From: an uncultured Spirochaetota bacterium
GTDB taxonomy: Bacteria; Spirochaetota; Brevinematia; Brevinematales; JAOACQ01
Length of the DNA stretch: 64,000 nucleotides
Assembly (NCBI GenBank): GCA_963835575.1
Contig: CAWIGG010000003.1
Coordinates: forward strand, 64,001 to 128,000
Direction of reading: 5' to 3'
Made by a program: the position numbers and the translations under genes. The notes beneath the pieces are model-generated. The model saw nothing but the letters and a program-made list of their open reading frames with translations, was not told the DNA's origin and ran no database searches. Position 1 is the first letter of the stretch; every line of letters starts with the position of its first letter. Positions 32,927 through 43,073 of the stretch are shown here, one piece after another.

Positions 32927-34091
32927 AACCACGAAGAACACGAAGGGCACGAAGAATCACCAAGAGAATATTTCAGATTTCTTTTAACAAGATTTATTTG
33001 TTTTCAGTTTTGTATTTCATATTCCGAAAAGGAAATCAGATCAATTATGAATTATAAATAAAAATTTATTTTTTAGATAGTAATATGGAAAAGCATTATG
33101 AAAAACAAAGAGCCTTATAAACTTGAGCAAATTTGGTGGGTTATTCTTACAATTATATTCTGCATTATATTCGTAATTCAATACATTGATTTTGAAAATT
33201 ATCGAAACATTTTTAATATAATAATTGGTATTATATTCATTTGTTTATTATTGATGCCATTAGTTAAAGAGATAAAAATATTCAATGTTAAAATAAAATG
33301 GAATCCTTTTTCAAATATAATTCCAGATTCAGATAAATATAAGCCAAAAAATGTTGAAGAACTAATAACAAAAGAACAAATATGTTATTTTCATTGTTTT
33401 GCAGATATTAAATCTGGGCATTTAGAAAAAAGTGACAATATAACTGTTTATGGACCATTTAAAGATATATTTGATACAAGTAATTGGGGAAACCCAGAAG
33501 GATGGATTTGGAGAATTTATGATTCAAATCAAGGTGGAATTTCTTTTAAATGGGGTACGATCCATTTGAATAATCCCCAAAAAGTAGAATTAGTTATTTA
33601 TCATAAAGCTCTTACAGATATAAGATTATCATTAAGGTCTAGTCTTTCAATAAATATTAATAATAAAAAAGATCTTATTAAATATTTACCTGAAGATGAC
33701 TTAACGACATCTATAATTGAAATAACTATGGATGTAAATAAAAGTGAAAATGTTATTACTCTATCATCTCTACTAGGTACTGGTCTATTGCATGGATTGC
33801 AAAAAGTAGAAATCCTTTATTATAAATAGTAATAATATTCAATCTAATATCAGTCGTTTACATAAATAAACTTAAATAATTCTTCATAATCTCTATACAT
33901 TTAATATTTTGCAACCAATTTTCTAATATCAAACATTTAAAAATATTCCATCCGAGAAAATCCAAATAATCGCATCAATCTGCGATAAATTGGATATTAT
34001 ATTGAAGGTGCGTTTATTTCAAATCTTTTATCAACAATAGATTTATTATTAAAACCATTCGTGCTCTTAGTGCTCTTTGTGTTTTGGTGTT
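32927..34091. mobile_element. Tandem-inverted-repeat arms (CACGAAG type) enclosing an AT-rich cargo gene
   Basis: Left aaccacgaagaacacgaagggcacgaagaatcaccaaga (32927-32965); degenerate right ttcgtgctcttagtgctctttgtgttttggtgtt (34058-34091). Confidence 0.65.
33098..33829 (+). CDS. Hypothetical protein, two N-terminal TM helices and a beta-rich C-terminal domain; very low GC
   Basis: 243-aa ORF; three 60-nt lines counted gave 17, 9 and 11 G+C, far lower than the flanking genes. Confidence 0.75.
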   Translation: MKNKEPYKLEQIWWVILTIIFCIIFVIQYIDFENYRNIFNIIIGIIFICLLLMPLVKEIKIFNVKIKWNPFSNIIPDSDKYKPKNVEELITKEQICYFHCFADIKSGHLEKSDNITVYGPFKDIFDTSNWGNPEGWIWRIYDSNQGGISFKWGTIHLNNPQKVELVIYHKALTDIRLSLRSSLSININNKKDLIKYLPEDDLTTSIIEITMDVNKSENVITLSSLLGTGLLHGLQKVEILYYK

Positions 34092-34126
34092 TAAATAAAG
34101 GTGTCTCAATTCAATCAGACATGTTA

Positions 34127-35392
34127 TTATTTCGAAAAGAACCTCTTCTTATTCTCCTCAAGAATCGCCATTGTTCTTTTAAAAATCTCGCCCTCCGCAA
34201 TCTGTACGCGGGCGACGCCGTCCTTAACGGCCTGTATCCCGACGGCTTCAGCCTCATGGGCGAAAACCTCAAAATCATAAACCGACGGAATGATGTTATT
34301 ATTGGAGAGGTCTTTGTCCTTCACAAAATCCGCCAGGGCAAGAGCGGCGGCCAGCTTCATGTTTTCCGTCACGCGCCGGGCGCGTACATCCAGAAGGCCG
34401 CGGAAAATGGCCGGGAACCCCAGGCAGTTATTGACCTGGTTGGGGAAATCGCTCCGGCCCGTCGCCACGATAAAAGCGCCGGCTTCAAAAGCCTCGTCGG
34501 GCAGGATTTCCGGGTCCGGGTTTGCCATGGCAAAGAGGACCGGCTTATCTGTCATGCTTCTGATCATCGGCTGGGTCAGCGCGCCTTTCGCCGAAACACC
34601 GATAAAGACATCCGCTCCTTTCATACAGTCCTCCAGCGAGCCTTTTTCGAGGGATGGATTGGTGAGAAGCGCGATTTCCTCCTTCGAGGGGTTCATATGA
34701 TTTTCCCTTCCTTTATAGATCACGCCCTTTGTATCGCACATGATGATATTCCGGGCGCCGTAAAACAAAAGAAGCTTCGCTATGGCGACGCCGGCGGCCC
34801 CGCTGCCGTTAATAACGATTTTAATGTTCTGGATGCTTTTACCGGCGAGTTTGAGCGAATTGATAAGGCCCGCTAATGTCACCACGGCGGTGCCATGCTG
34901 GTCGTCATGAAAAACAGGGATGTCCAGTTCTTTTGTCAGCCTTTCCTCAATCTCAAAACAGCGCGGCGCTGAGATGTCCTCAAGATTGATGCCGCCCGCC
35001 CCGCCGGCTATCATTTTGACCGTCCGGATGATCTCCTCAGTGTCCTGAGTATTCAGTATGATCGGATAGGCGTCCACACCCCCGAAAATCTTAAAGAGAA
35101 GGGCCTTGCCTTCCATCACGGGCAGGGAGGCCTTTTCGCCGATATTGCCAAGGCCGAGGACCGCGCTGCCGTCGCTGACCACGAAAACCGTATTTCCTTT
35201 TATCGTGTAATCATAAATTTTCGAATCATTATCAAAAATCTCAAGACATGGGACCGCCACTCCCGGCGTATAAGCGAGGGAGAGCTCCCGCCTGCTTTTG
35301 ACAGACACCTTCGGGATTGTTTCTATCTTGCCGTTGCCCACGCCGTTTTTTTGATGGTATTCAAGAGCCGCGTTTCCCGGATTTTCTTTCAT
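34127..35392 (-). CDS. NAD(P)-dependent malic enzyme
   Basis: [46 protein letters not shown] and TGRSD.PNQVNN motifs; likely ATG at 35392. Confidence 0.95.
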   Translation of the reverse strand: MKENPGNAALEYHQKNGVGNGKIETIPKVSVKSRRELSLAYTPGVAVPCLEIFDNDSKIYDYTIKGNTVFVVSDGSAVLGLGNIGEKASLPVMEGKALLFKIFGGVDAYPIILNTQDTEEIIRTVKMIAGGAGGINLEDISAPRCFEIEERLTKELDIPVFHDDQHGTAVVTLAGLINSLKLAGKSIQNIKIVINGSGAAGVAIAKLLLFYGARNIIMCDTKGVIYKGRENHMNPSKEEIALLTNPSLEKGSLEDCMKGADVFIGVSAKGALTQPMIRSMTDKPVLFAMANPDPEILPDEAFEAGAFIVATGRSDFPNQVNNCLGFPAIFRGLLDVRARRVTENMKLAAALALADFVKDKDLSNNNIIPSVYDFEVFAHEAEAVGIQAVKDGVARVQIAEGEIFKRTMAILEENKKRFFSK

Positions 35393-35481
35393 ATGACAAC
35401 CTGCCCCTTTGATCAAGCTATAGTTTAATACGGGGAAAAACTATCCGCAAGAAATGCGGAATTAAATGCTTTCTGTGTTTT

Positions 35482-35542
35482 GCTGTCCGTCACCCTTTTG
35501 TGAGCGCCACCGGTGCAGCCTGGCAAAATGGTGAGGGACAGC
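35482..35542. repeat. Imperfect palindrome (GCTGTCC/GGACAGC type)
   Basis: gctgtccgtcacccttttg...caaaatggtgagggacagc. Confidence 0.7.
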
Positions 35543-35578
35543 GGTATTTAAATTAACCAAAAAGTCTATTAAACCCGT

Positions 35579-35637
35579 GGAAGTTCCAAAACTTGTGGTG
35601 TGTTTATCGAACCGACATAAATGGTTTTGGAACTTCC
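35579..35637. mobile_element. IS5-like MITE containing a micro-REP
   Basis: ggaagttccaaaac/gttttggaacttcc, 14-bp perfect IR; tggtgtgtttatcgaacc inside (35596-35613). Confidence 0.72.
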
Positions 35638-35649
35638 CTTAAACCAATT

Positions 35650-35678
35650 TTGACAAACGTTTATCCGGCAGATATAAT
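35650..35678 (+). promoter_or_regulatory. Consensus sigma70 promoter
   Basis: TTGACA-17 nt-TATAAT, 8 nt before the ATG at 35687. Confidence 0.75.
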
Positions 35679-35686
35679 GATTCCCA

Positions 35687-36655
35687 ATGATATTATTCAT
35701 ATTCTTTATCTCCATCATGATGGTTTATTTGATTTTCGGTATTTCCATCTACCGTCTTTCTCCGAAGGAGCCTGCCAATAAAATAGTCCTGATTTTCGGT
35801 TTGTTTGTATTCATCTGGTTCTTATTATTCCTTATTTTTGTGAGAAAGGAATTATGGGGATCGCCCGACCTTGCCTGGCATTACATTTTATACGGAATCC
35901 CCATGATGTGCGCTCTTTTTTTTCACTTTTCCTTAGCCTTAACGCGCAGGGCCGAAAAGCTGAAATTCATCCGGTTTTTTATATACCTGCCCGCTTTTTT
36001 ATTTGCTCTGTATGGGGCTTTGAAAATACTTTTCAATATATTCCCGGATTCAAATAACCCCTTTTTCAGCCGTTTTTTAGACCTGGGTAATACAGAGGTT
36101 TATATTGTTATGGGTATAACGGGCTTTATCATTATTGAAACTGCCGCTGTTCTTATCGCGCTGTGGGGGATGAAGTCGCTGATTAAAAGGGAAAGAAAGC
36201 AGGCTTTCTTCTTTTCCACAGGCTTTTCCGTCAGTTTTATTGTCAGCATAGCCTCTTACCTGTCATTTCAGGTTTACGGCGGGGAAATTTTTCTTTTTAT
36301 TTATTTATCGGTAATTCTTATACTGGCGCTTTTATTCTGGATCGGCATGGCACGCTACCGTCTGCTGGTGCCGACGCCGGTCCTGGCGGTTGAGGAAATC
36401 AGGAATTCCATAGGTGAAATTGTTTTTCTAACGGACAGAAATTTGAAAATCCAGTCCGCCAACCGCCGGATGAAGGAATTCCTCTCACAGCCGGACAGCG
36501 GAATCACCGGTAAAAACATAACCGATTTCGCGGAAATTGAAAAAGAGGATTGTGAGAAAATCCGGGATATGTCAAATTCAGGCATAAATTCCTATGCCTG
36601 CCGGATCCGCTTTAAAAACGACAGCGAAGCGCAGTTTTCCTGCGCCTTTTTTTAA
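35687..36655 (+). CDS. 7TM sensor domain (HisKA_7TM-like) plus PAS, no output domain; possibly truncated
   Basis: Seven hydrophobic segments, then RYRLL...I.NSI.E.VFLTD...I..AN PAS start; stops within the PAS fold. Confidence 0.65.
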   Translation: MILFIFFISIMMVYLIFGISIYRLSPKEPANKIVLIFGLFVFIWFLLFLIFVRKELWGSPDLAWHYILYGIPMMCALFFHFSLALTRRAEKLKFIRFFIYLPAFLFALYGALKILFNIFPDSNNPFFSRFLDLGNTEVYIVMGITGFIIIETAAVLIALWGMKSLIKRERKQAFFFSTGFSVSFIVSIASYLSFQVYGGEIFLFIYLSVILILALLFWIGMARYRLLVPTPVLAVEEIRNSIGEIVFLTDRNLKIQSANRRMKEFLSQPDSGITGKNITDFAEIEKEDCEKIRDMSNSGINSYACRIRFKNDSEAQFSCAFF

Positions 36656-36777
36656 TGCCTATTCTTTATATATTAAACCCCGTCATCTAATAAGCTTTTT
36701 ATTCCGATAATAGAGGGACGGTTCCATAAATCCCCGGATTTAATAAAACAGCCGGAATTAAAAAACAGGAGATCCCA

Positions 36778-37269
36778 TTGCTTCTGCCTTCCGAAATGTT
36801 CCTGATCTATCTCTTACTGGGTTTGATCGGTTTTCTCGGCTTTGTCTCTCTTTTCTCTTTTACATTTATTTTCAGAAAAAAAAGGATTGAGAGAGACTTG
36901 CCCGTACATAAAGTAAAAACAAGAAATAAAAAGAGAAAAATGCAGATCCGGCACAGGGAATCAAACATCAGCGGAAACTTTACCGAGAAGCTTGGACAGA
37001 AGATTGTCCGCTATATGATCGAGATTGCGCAATCCGGCGAAAAGAATTATGTCAGGGAAAGGACCCTGCGGATCATTCGGGAATGCGAAAGGCTGAACGA
37101 TCTGGACCTTCCGGCCGAAAACAAAAAGATCATCTCCACTGTCCTCCTCTGGGCAAACGGCTTCGAGCCGGACAGGCATATTTCCGAGATGAAGATCTTC
37201 CAGCGTTCTTCGCAGATCATCTATGACCGTAAAAAAAGGGATTTCAAACTGCGCCTCTTCGGCAAATAA
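36778..37269 (+). CDS. Hypothetical membrane-anchored basic protein
   Basis: RBS AGGAG before TTG; N-terminal TM. Confidence 0.6.
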   Translation: MLLPSEMFLIYLLLGLIGFLGFVSLFSFTFIFRKKRIERDLPVHKVKTRNKKRKMQIRHRESNISGNFTEKLGQKIVRYMIEIAQSGEKNYVRERTLRIIRECERLNDLDLPAENKKIISTVLLWANGFEPDRHISEMKIFQRSSQIIYDRKKRDFKLRLFGK

Positions 37270-37333
37270 ATTCATAGAAAATTGATAAATCGATCTGACA
37301 ATGATTATAATTATATGTAATCCAACGGAACGA

Positions 37334-37404
37334 AACCACAGATTTCACTGATTTCACTGATTTTTTCAAAATTATAATCTGTGTCATCTGTGTAATCTGT
37401 GGTT
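37334..37404. repeat. Tandem-inverted-repeat element (CACAGAT 9-mer type), nearly empty
   Basis: aaccacagatttcactgatttcactgatt / aatctgtgtcatctgtgtaatctgtggtt with a 13-bp spacer. Confidence 0.92.
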
Positions 37405-37463
37405 CCAATTCGTAAGTTTGATGTTTTTAATACTCAAACAGTATTTCAACAGGAGGCTGGATT

Positions 37464-38828
37464 ATGGGATACAATGGATTTAAGCTGGATAAAAGCATAA
37501 AAGAACTTCAAGGGTTTGACCTGTCAATAAAAAAGCTTGGGAACAGCCGCTATCAATCCGCCATCAAATACTCAAATAATCCTGAGGAAGCCGAATCAAG
37601 CTTTGTTCCCGAAGAAGAAAGGGTACTGGCCGTCACCGACAATTCGGCCGTCAGCTATTTTATTGATAATAAGCTTGCCGTCCCCTCTTTCGAAAAAGCG
37701 GGCGCGAGAAAAAAGCTCTACTTCGAGCCCGGCAAAACCGTCTCGGCCGTTGTGACCTGCGGCGGGCTCTGTCCCGGCCTGAATTCCGTGATCCGCGAGA
37801 TCGTCATGATGAACTTTTACCGGTATAACAACCAGATCACATACGGCATAAAATACGGCTATGCCGGCTTTATAAAGGATTTTGATTATGACATCGCCCT
37901 GCTCACGCCCGAGAAAGTAGTCGATATCAATACCCAGGGAGGCACGATCCTCGGCTCATCAAGGGGCGAGCAGGATACGGTCAAGATAGTCGACCGCCTG
38001 GTGGAGCTGAATGTCAGCGTCCTCTACACGATAGGCGGCGACGGCACCCTGCGCGGCGCGCTCGACATTGTGAAGGAAGTAGAGAAGCGCGGGCTAAAAA
38101 TCGCCGTCGTCGGCATACCAAAAACGATCGATAACGATATTAATTTTATAGACAGGTCTTTCGGAATGGAAACGGCCTTCTCGGAAGCATGCCAGTCCAT
38201 TTACTCGGCCCACACGGAAGCGCGCGCGGCGATGAACGGCATCGGCATTGTCAAGGTGATGGGCAGGGAATCCGGCTTTATCGCGGCGCATGCCACGCTC
38301 GCCACAAACGAGGTGAATTTCTGTCTTGTGCCGGAGCTGGATTTTGACCTTGACGGGGAGAACGGCTTTCTGAACCAGGTGGAATCCCGGCTTCTGACAA
38401 GAAAGCACGCCGTGATAGTCGCTGCGGAAGGCTCGGGCCAGAAGTACGTCCTGGACCCGAAGCACATGCAGTACGACCCCTCCGGCAACGTCAAGCTCGG
38501 CGATATCGGGCTCTTCCTGAAGGAGAAAATAAAAGAGCACCTGAAAAAGAAGAATGTCCCCACTTCCATTAAATACCTGGACCCGAGCTACAGCATCCGC
38601 AGCCGCGCCCCCACTCCCAACGACTCGATCTTCTGCTCCCAGCTTTCGCAGATGGCCGTTCACGCGGGAATGACAGGCAGGACCGGGCTTGTCGCGGGCT
38701 ATACCAACGGGCAGTTTGTCCATCTTCCCATGGAGCTCGCGGTGCAGAAAAGAAAAAAGATCGATCTTCATTCGCAGCTCTGGTTCTCCGTCATCGAAAC
38801 GACCGGCCAGCCGGTGTCGTTTAAGTAA
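37464..38828 (+). CDS. pfkA: ATP-dependent 6-phosphofructokinase (clade X type)
   Basis: FEKAG.R, TCGGLCPGLN, GGTILGSSRG, GGDG (ATP-type), PKTIDND, MGRESGFIA and YLDPSY motifs. Confidence 0.93.
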   Translation: MGYNGFKLDKSIKELQGFDLSIKKLGNSRYQSAIKYSNNPEEAESSFVPEEERVLAVTDNSAVSYFIDNKLAVPSFEKAGARKKLYFEPGKTVSAVVTCGGLCPGLNSVIREIVMMNFYRYNNQITYGIKYGYAGFIKDFDYDIALLTPEKVVDINTQGGTILGSSRGEQDTVKIVDRLVELNVSVLYTIGGDGTLRGALDIVKEVEKRGLKIAVVGIPKTIDNDINFIDRSFGMETAFSEACQSIYSAHTEARAAMNGIGIVKVMGRESGFIAAHATLATNEVNFCLVPELDFDLDGENGFLNQVESRLLTRKHAVIVAAEGSGQKYVLDPKHMQYDPSGNVKLGDIGLFLKEKIKEHLKKKNVPTSIKYLDPSYSIRSRAPTPNDSIFCSQLSQMAVHAGMTGRTGLVAGYTNGQFVHLPMELAVQKRKKIDLHSQLWFSVIETTGQPVSFK

Positions 38829-38835
38829 TTTATAA

Positions 38836-39275
38836 TTTACAGGAAGAAAGGAAGCGATGCCCTGTGGTTCGGCAGCAGACTGTGTGAAAAGTCGGTGTTT
38901 TGCATCGTAATTCTATATTTTTCGTTCCGTAACTTCAATAAATATGTGGCGAAAAATAGTTTTCACACAGTCTGCAGGCTCACCAACCAAGCGAAGCGCA
39001 TCGAAGGGACGGGAAGGGTATTTTCATCATCAGACTCCTTATAATGCTGCTCAACTTTTCCTATTGAATTAATAAACCTGTTGGTATTTTTTAATATTTG
39101 TATTTATTAGTTCCTCATTCCCTTTCTTCTTTCAGTTCTGTTCCTGATTATGGCTTATCAATCAACAGTGTGATTCGAATTCTTTTATATGAGGCTGCTA
39201 CTGCCTCAATCCATTTTCTTTACTCTTCCCGCCGGACTTTACCCTGAGTAATGCCGAAGGGTGTCTTCCTGTAAA
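38836..39275. repeat. Multi-layer nested element (CAGGAAG type arms, REPs, MITE)
   Basis: Outer 12-bp perfect IR tttacaggaaga (38836-38847)/tcttcctgtaaa (39264-39275); REP-like inserts in both arms. Confidence 0.8.
38876..38974. mobile_element. 99-bp MITE with 15-bp perfect terminal inverted repeats
   Basis: CAGACTGTGTGAAAA...TTTTCACACAGTCTG splitting the REP tggttcggcag|gctcacca with CAG duplicated. Confidence 0.85.
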
Positions 39276-39388
39276 AAACATCCCATTCTCCCGGAAAATC
39301 CGGCGTTTTTTTTGATAATTTCATGTCTTTACAGTACGATATCCCAGGCAGTAATAATCAAATTTCTGCAATTAATAGGAAGTATGGG

Positions 39389-39643
39389 ATGGCGGAGAAT
39401 TTAAATAACGGTGAAAAAGAGTTCATGGAATTATTCAAACATTATAAAAAATACGCTGAAAATAATAAAACAAACCAATCCGCCTATTTCGCCAAGCATA
39501 TCCGCGAATATATGAGCCCCGCAAATTACAATGACCTGAAGAACATTTTAAAATCACTGGAATCAAAAGGCATGATAAGAGTGGAAAACGATAATACCGT
39601 AAACATCACACAACTGGGCGAGGATTATCTCTGGAGAAATTGA
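39389..39643 (+). CDS. Small hypothetical protein, winged-helix-like C-terminus
   Basis: ILKSLESKGMI.V....V.ITQLGEDYL pattern; start 39389 or 39323. Confidence 0.55.
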   Translation: MAENLNNGEKEFMELFKHYKKYAENNKTNQSAYFAKHIREYMSPANYNDLKNILKSLESKGMIRVENDNTVNITQLGEDYLWRN

Positions 39644-39769
39644 AATATTAATGTACGTCTATTACGGCTTTAATTCTTAAAAGTCAATTTGCATACGCCA
39701 TACAAATATCATTTATAGCGAATCGATTTAAAAAGTGTATTTTAATAAATGAATGGAATATTAATTTAT

Positions 39770-41053
39770 GGGCGGTTTGAAAAACCCACGTATCATATAC
39801 AAATAGTATATAAAAACATATAATCATAGTCAAAGAAAACAGAGGTAAGGCTATGACAAAAATTAAGCGGAAAGACCGTAACTTGTTTGAATATCAGGAG
39901 CGGATGGAAAAGCTAAGCGGCGTAAAAACACCGCCGGATAAGCTTAACAGAGTTGTAGACTTTGAGATGTTCCGGCCGCTGTTAACAGAGATTTTGGCGC
40001 CGAAAGAGCAGAAGGCGCCGGGCGGAGCGCCACATTATGACTATGTTTTCATGTTCAAGATACTGATATTCCAGAGGTATTACAATCTTTCCGATGAGCA
40101 AGCGGAATTTCAGATCAATGACAGGTTATCCGTTCAGCGATATCTTGGGATAACACTTTCGGACAAAGTTCCGGACTACAGTAAAATCTGGGAATTCAAG
40201 GAAAAACTGATGAAAGCGAAAGCAATAGAGAAACTTTTTAAAATATTCGATGAGAATCTTGAGAATAAAGGTGTGATAGGGAAAGCGGGCGTTATGGTAG
40301 ACGCAAGTTTTGTGGATGTTCCCCGGCAGAGGAACAGCCGCGAAGAAAACAAGAAAATAAAAGAAGGCGAGGTTCCGGAAGATTGGAAAGATAATACGCA
40401 TAAGCTTTCCCATAAAGACACGGATGCGCGCTGGATGACCAAGAATAAAGAGAGGCATTACGGATACAAAAACCATACAAAGGTTGATGTGAAGTCAAAA
40501 CTTATTCGTTCTTATGTCACGACAGATGCGAGCGTTCACGATTCACAGGTAGTTGAACCTCTATTGAATGAGAAAGACAAAGGGAAGCCGTTTTACGCGG
40601 ACAGCGCATATGTTGGCCCAACGGTAGCAGGAATATTAGAAAAATTTGAGATGAAAAACCGGATTCACGAAAAAGGATACAGAAATAAGCCATTGACGGA
40701 GAAGCAGAAAGAAAAAAATAGAAGAAAGAGCCGCATCCGAGTTCGTGTTGAGCATGTTTTTGGTTTTGTTGAAAATAGTATGAACGGCAGTACAATACGA
40801 TCGATAGGAAAAGAAAGGGCAGAGAGCCAAATCGGGCTGATGAATCTGGTTTATAATTTAGCACGGTATGTTGTGGTAAAAGGTCGAATTGCGTCTTGTG
40901 CGGCTTAAAATACAGAAGATATGGATAATATTGCCCGTGTTTGGCTGAATTTTGGTAATAGAAACAGTTTTTAACCTGTTGGCAGAAATATTTTGAAAAT
41001 ATTTTCTATTATCAGGGAAGTGTTGATAAATTAGACGGTTTTTAAAACCGCCC
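39770..41053 (+). mobile_element. IS5-family insertion sequence (1284 bp)
   Basis: TIRs gggcggtttgaaaaacc / ggtttttaaaaccgccc (16/17 match); 4-bp target duplication TTAT at 39766-39769 and 41054-41057. Confidence 0.95.
39853..40908 (+). CDS. IS5-family DDE transposase
   Basis: YNLSD, VPD, VDASFV, D.DARW, YGYKNH, ASVHDS, YADSAY and R.RVEHVFG motifs. Confidence 0.96.
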   Translation: MTKIKRKDRNLFEYQERMEKLSGVKTPPDKLNRVVDFEMFRPLLTEILAPKEQKAPGGAPHYDYVFMFKILIFQRYYNLSDEQAEFQINDRLSVQRYLGITLSDKVPDYSKIWEFKEKLMKAKAIEKLFKIFDENLENKGVIGKAGVMVDASFVDVPRQRNSREENKKIKEGEVPEDWKDNTHKLSHKDTDARWMTKNKERHYGYKNHTKVDVKSKLIRSYVTTDASVHDSQVVEPLLNEKDKGKPFYADSAYVGPTVAGILEKFEMKNRIHEKGYRNKPLTEKQKEKNRRKSRIRVRVEHVFGFVENSMNGSTIRSIGKERAESQIGLMNLVYNLARYVVVKGRIASCAA

Positions 41054-41082
41054 TTATTTTAATTTAACGAGAAAACTTAAAA

Positions 41083-43058
41083 ATGAAAAAGAATAATGAT
41101 TCGTTTTTTTATTCCAGCTTGTCAAATATATTGTCCCTGTCTGTAGTCATTATTCTTATTATTTTTTTTGGCATGTCAGCTCCCTTAATTCAAAAAAATT
41201 CAGGCCATACTGAAATACTGATTTTAATAGCTCTCACTCCCTGGTTTATAACCGCGTTAAAACCGGTGATTTTTCCGGATTTTTCTAAAAACATACTCCT
41301 TTCAAATCATTCCATAGTTTCTTTTAAAAACCTTATTCTTAAAATCATTCCTTCATTATTACTGAGTGTTTATGGAATAATTATTTACAGATTCATCCCT
41401 CAGTTTCAATACAGTGTGTTCTTCTTCTTTTCACTTTTCATTCTGGCTTTTTTATGGATTTCCGGTTATTTATTAAAATTTATAGTCAGGGGATTCAAAG
41501 ACCGCTGGTCTTCAAATGATTTTAGAAAAGATATGGGCTGATTAATCCTGATTTCCGGTCTGGCTGTTTTTTTGAGACTGTGGGGTATTGACCATGGTTC
41601 ACCTTTATACAATGCCTACCCTGATGAAGCTGATAATGTTGAAAGGGCCCTCCGGTTCTTTCTCCTCCAGAACAGTGATCCTGCGCCTTTCTATTATCTG
41701 GCTTCGTTCTCCTATTTATTAGCCCCTTTCTATGCTTTCCAGATATTTATTCAAACAGTAGCCGGCTCTTTTAAAGACTTTTCGGCGATTGTTCCAACCG
41801 ATTTTTCTTTCTATACAGCGCCCCGCCTGATATCCGCCGCAATGGGTGTATTGACAATCGGACTGGTTTATGAAATTGGTAAAACTTTGAAAAACTCCTT
41901 CGCCGGATTAACCGCCGCCTTCTTTTTGTCTGTTACAGACTTGCTGTCTATATGTCACATATTGCGAAAGCCGATATTCTTATTACAGCCTGCTCAACGG
42001 CTGTAATATTATTCAGTTTACGGATATATCAAAAACAGCAAACCGCGGATTTCATTATGGCCGGCATCTGCATAGCTCTTGCCGCATCAGCCAAGACGAA
42101 TAATGTCCTTTTATTCCTGCCTGTTTTTCTGGCATTATGGGCCCGTTTCGGCCGGGATCTGCCCGGGTATCATCTAAAAAATATTTTATCGTTATTTTCC
42201 ATTTTTCTTTCCTGCCTTTTGATTTTTAACCCCTACTATTTACTGGCTCCCAATGATCTCTGGTATTCTTTTTTCAGGGAAATAATCTTTGGGAATAATT
42301 ATCCAAACGATACCATACGTTATTTGAGCGGATGGTGGTTCCAGCTTTCTTATTCATTGTGGTTCGGCCTGGGTTTTTCCCTCTATTTAATTGGATTTAT
42401 TGGATTTTTGCCATGCTTTTATAAAAATAAAAAAATGTTTTTCATATTTATACTTTTCCCATTTCTCTTTTTCCTGCTTTCGGGCAGCATAGCAAGACAT
42501 GTGGCCAGGTATTCCCTCGCCTTATTGCCGTTTTTCTGCATAACTGCCGGAATGGCAGTTTCACTATTTTATGAAAAAATTAAGAAATACCTGCCTGATA
42601 AAAAAATCGCGTTTTTATCAATTGCGCTCTTTACAATCCTGATCTCCATTCCTTCTATCATCCAGACGATTGATCTGGATATATTCTTTGCCAGAAAGCA
42701 CAATTCGGCCATCGTTCGCGATTATATAGTTCAAAACATTCCGCAAGGTTCCGCAATTGCATGCAATAATATTGCATGGAAGTATTCACGGGTTACCGGT
42801 TTGACCAACTATCATGAATCAAAATATTCCCCCGGCACACCAGCTGACTATGTCATAGTTTATTATGATTTTGGGATGAATAATGAGGAAATAAATTCCA
42901 TTCAATCCAATTATCATCTGGAAAAAGCATTTATTATTTCCAAAAAAAAGGGGATGACTTACTGCGATAACGAGTCATTCCATTATTATAGAACGGACTT
43001 TTTTGAAAGGCCTCGCTGTGATATCGAATTATATGCCAAGAAAACAAGTGATCATTAA
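41083..43058 (+). pseudogene. GT-C (ArnT/PMT, GT39-like) membrane glycosyltransferase pseudogene
   Basis: ORFs 41083 and 41572 share a frame, separated by TGA at 41539-41541 (…KDMG*LILISGLAVFLRLWGIDHG..PDE). A 1-nt deletion near 41947 separates the third part (SHIAKAD...LAASAK). Confidence 0.8.
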
Positions 43059-43073
43059 TGTTTTGCTGGACGG

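Noticed and set aside
34061..34876. 271-aa plus-strand ORF
   Set aside because: Antisense shadow of the malic enzyme gene; it starts inside a repeat arm.
41539..41541. TGA recoding (Trp/Sec) or an alternative genetic code
   Set aside because: TGA ends intact genes elsewhere (3708, 7304, 11485, 30655). The same gene has a second lesion and no redox-motif context.
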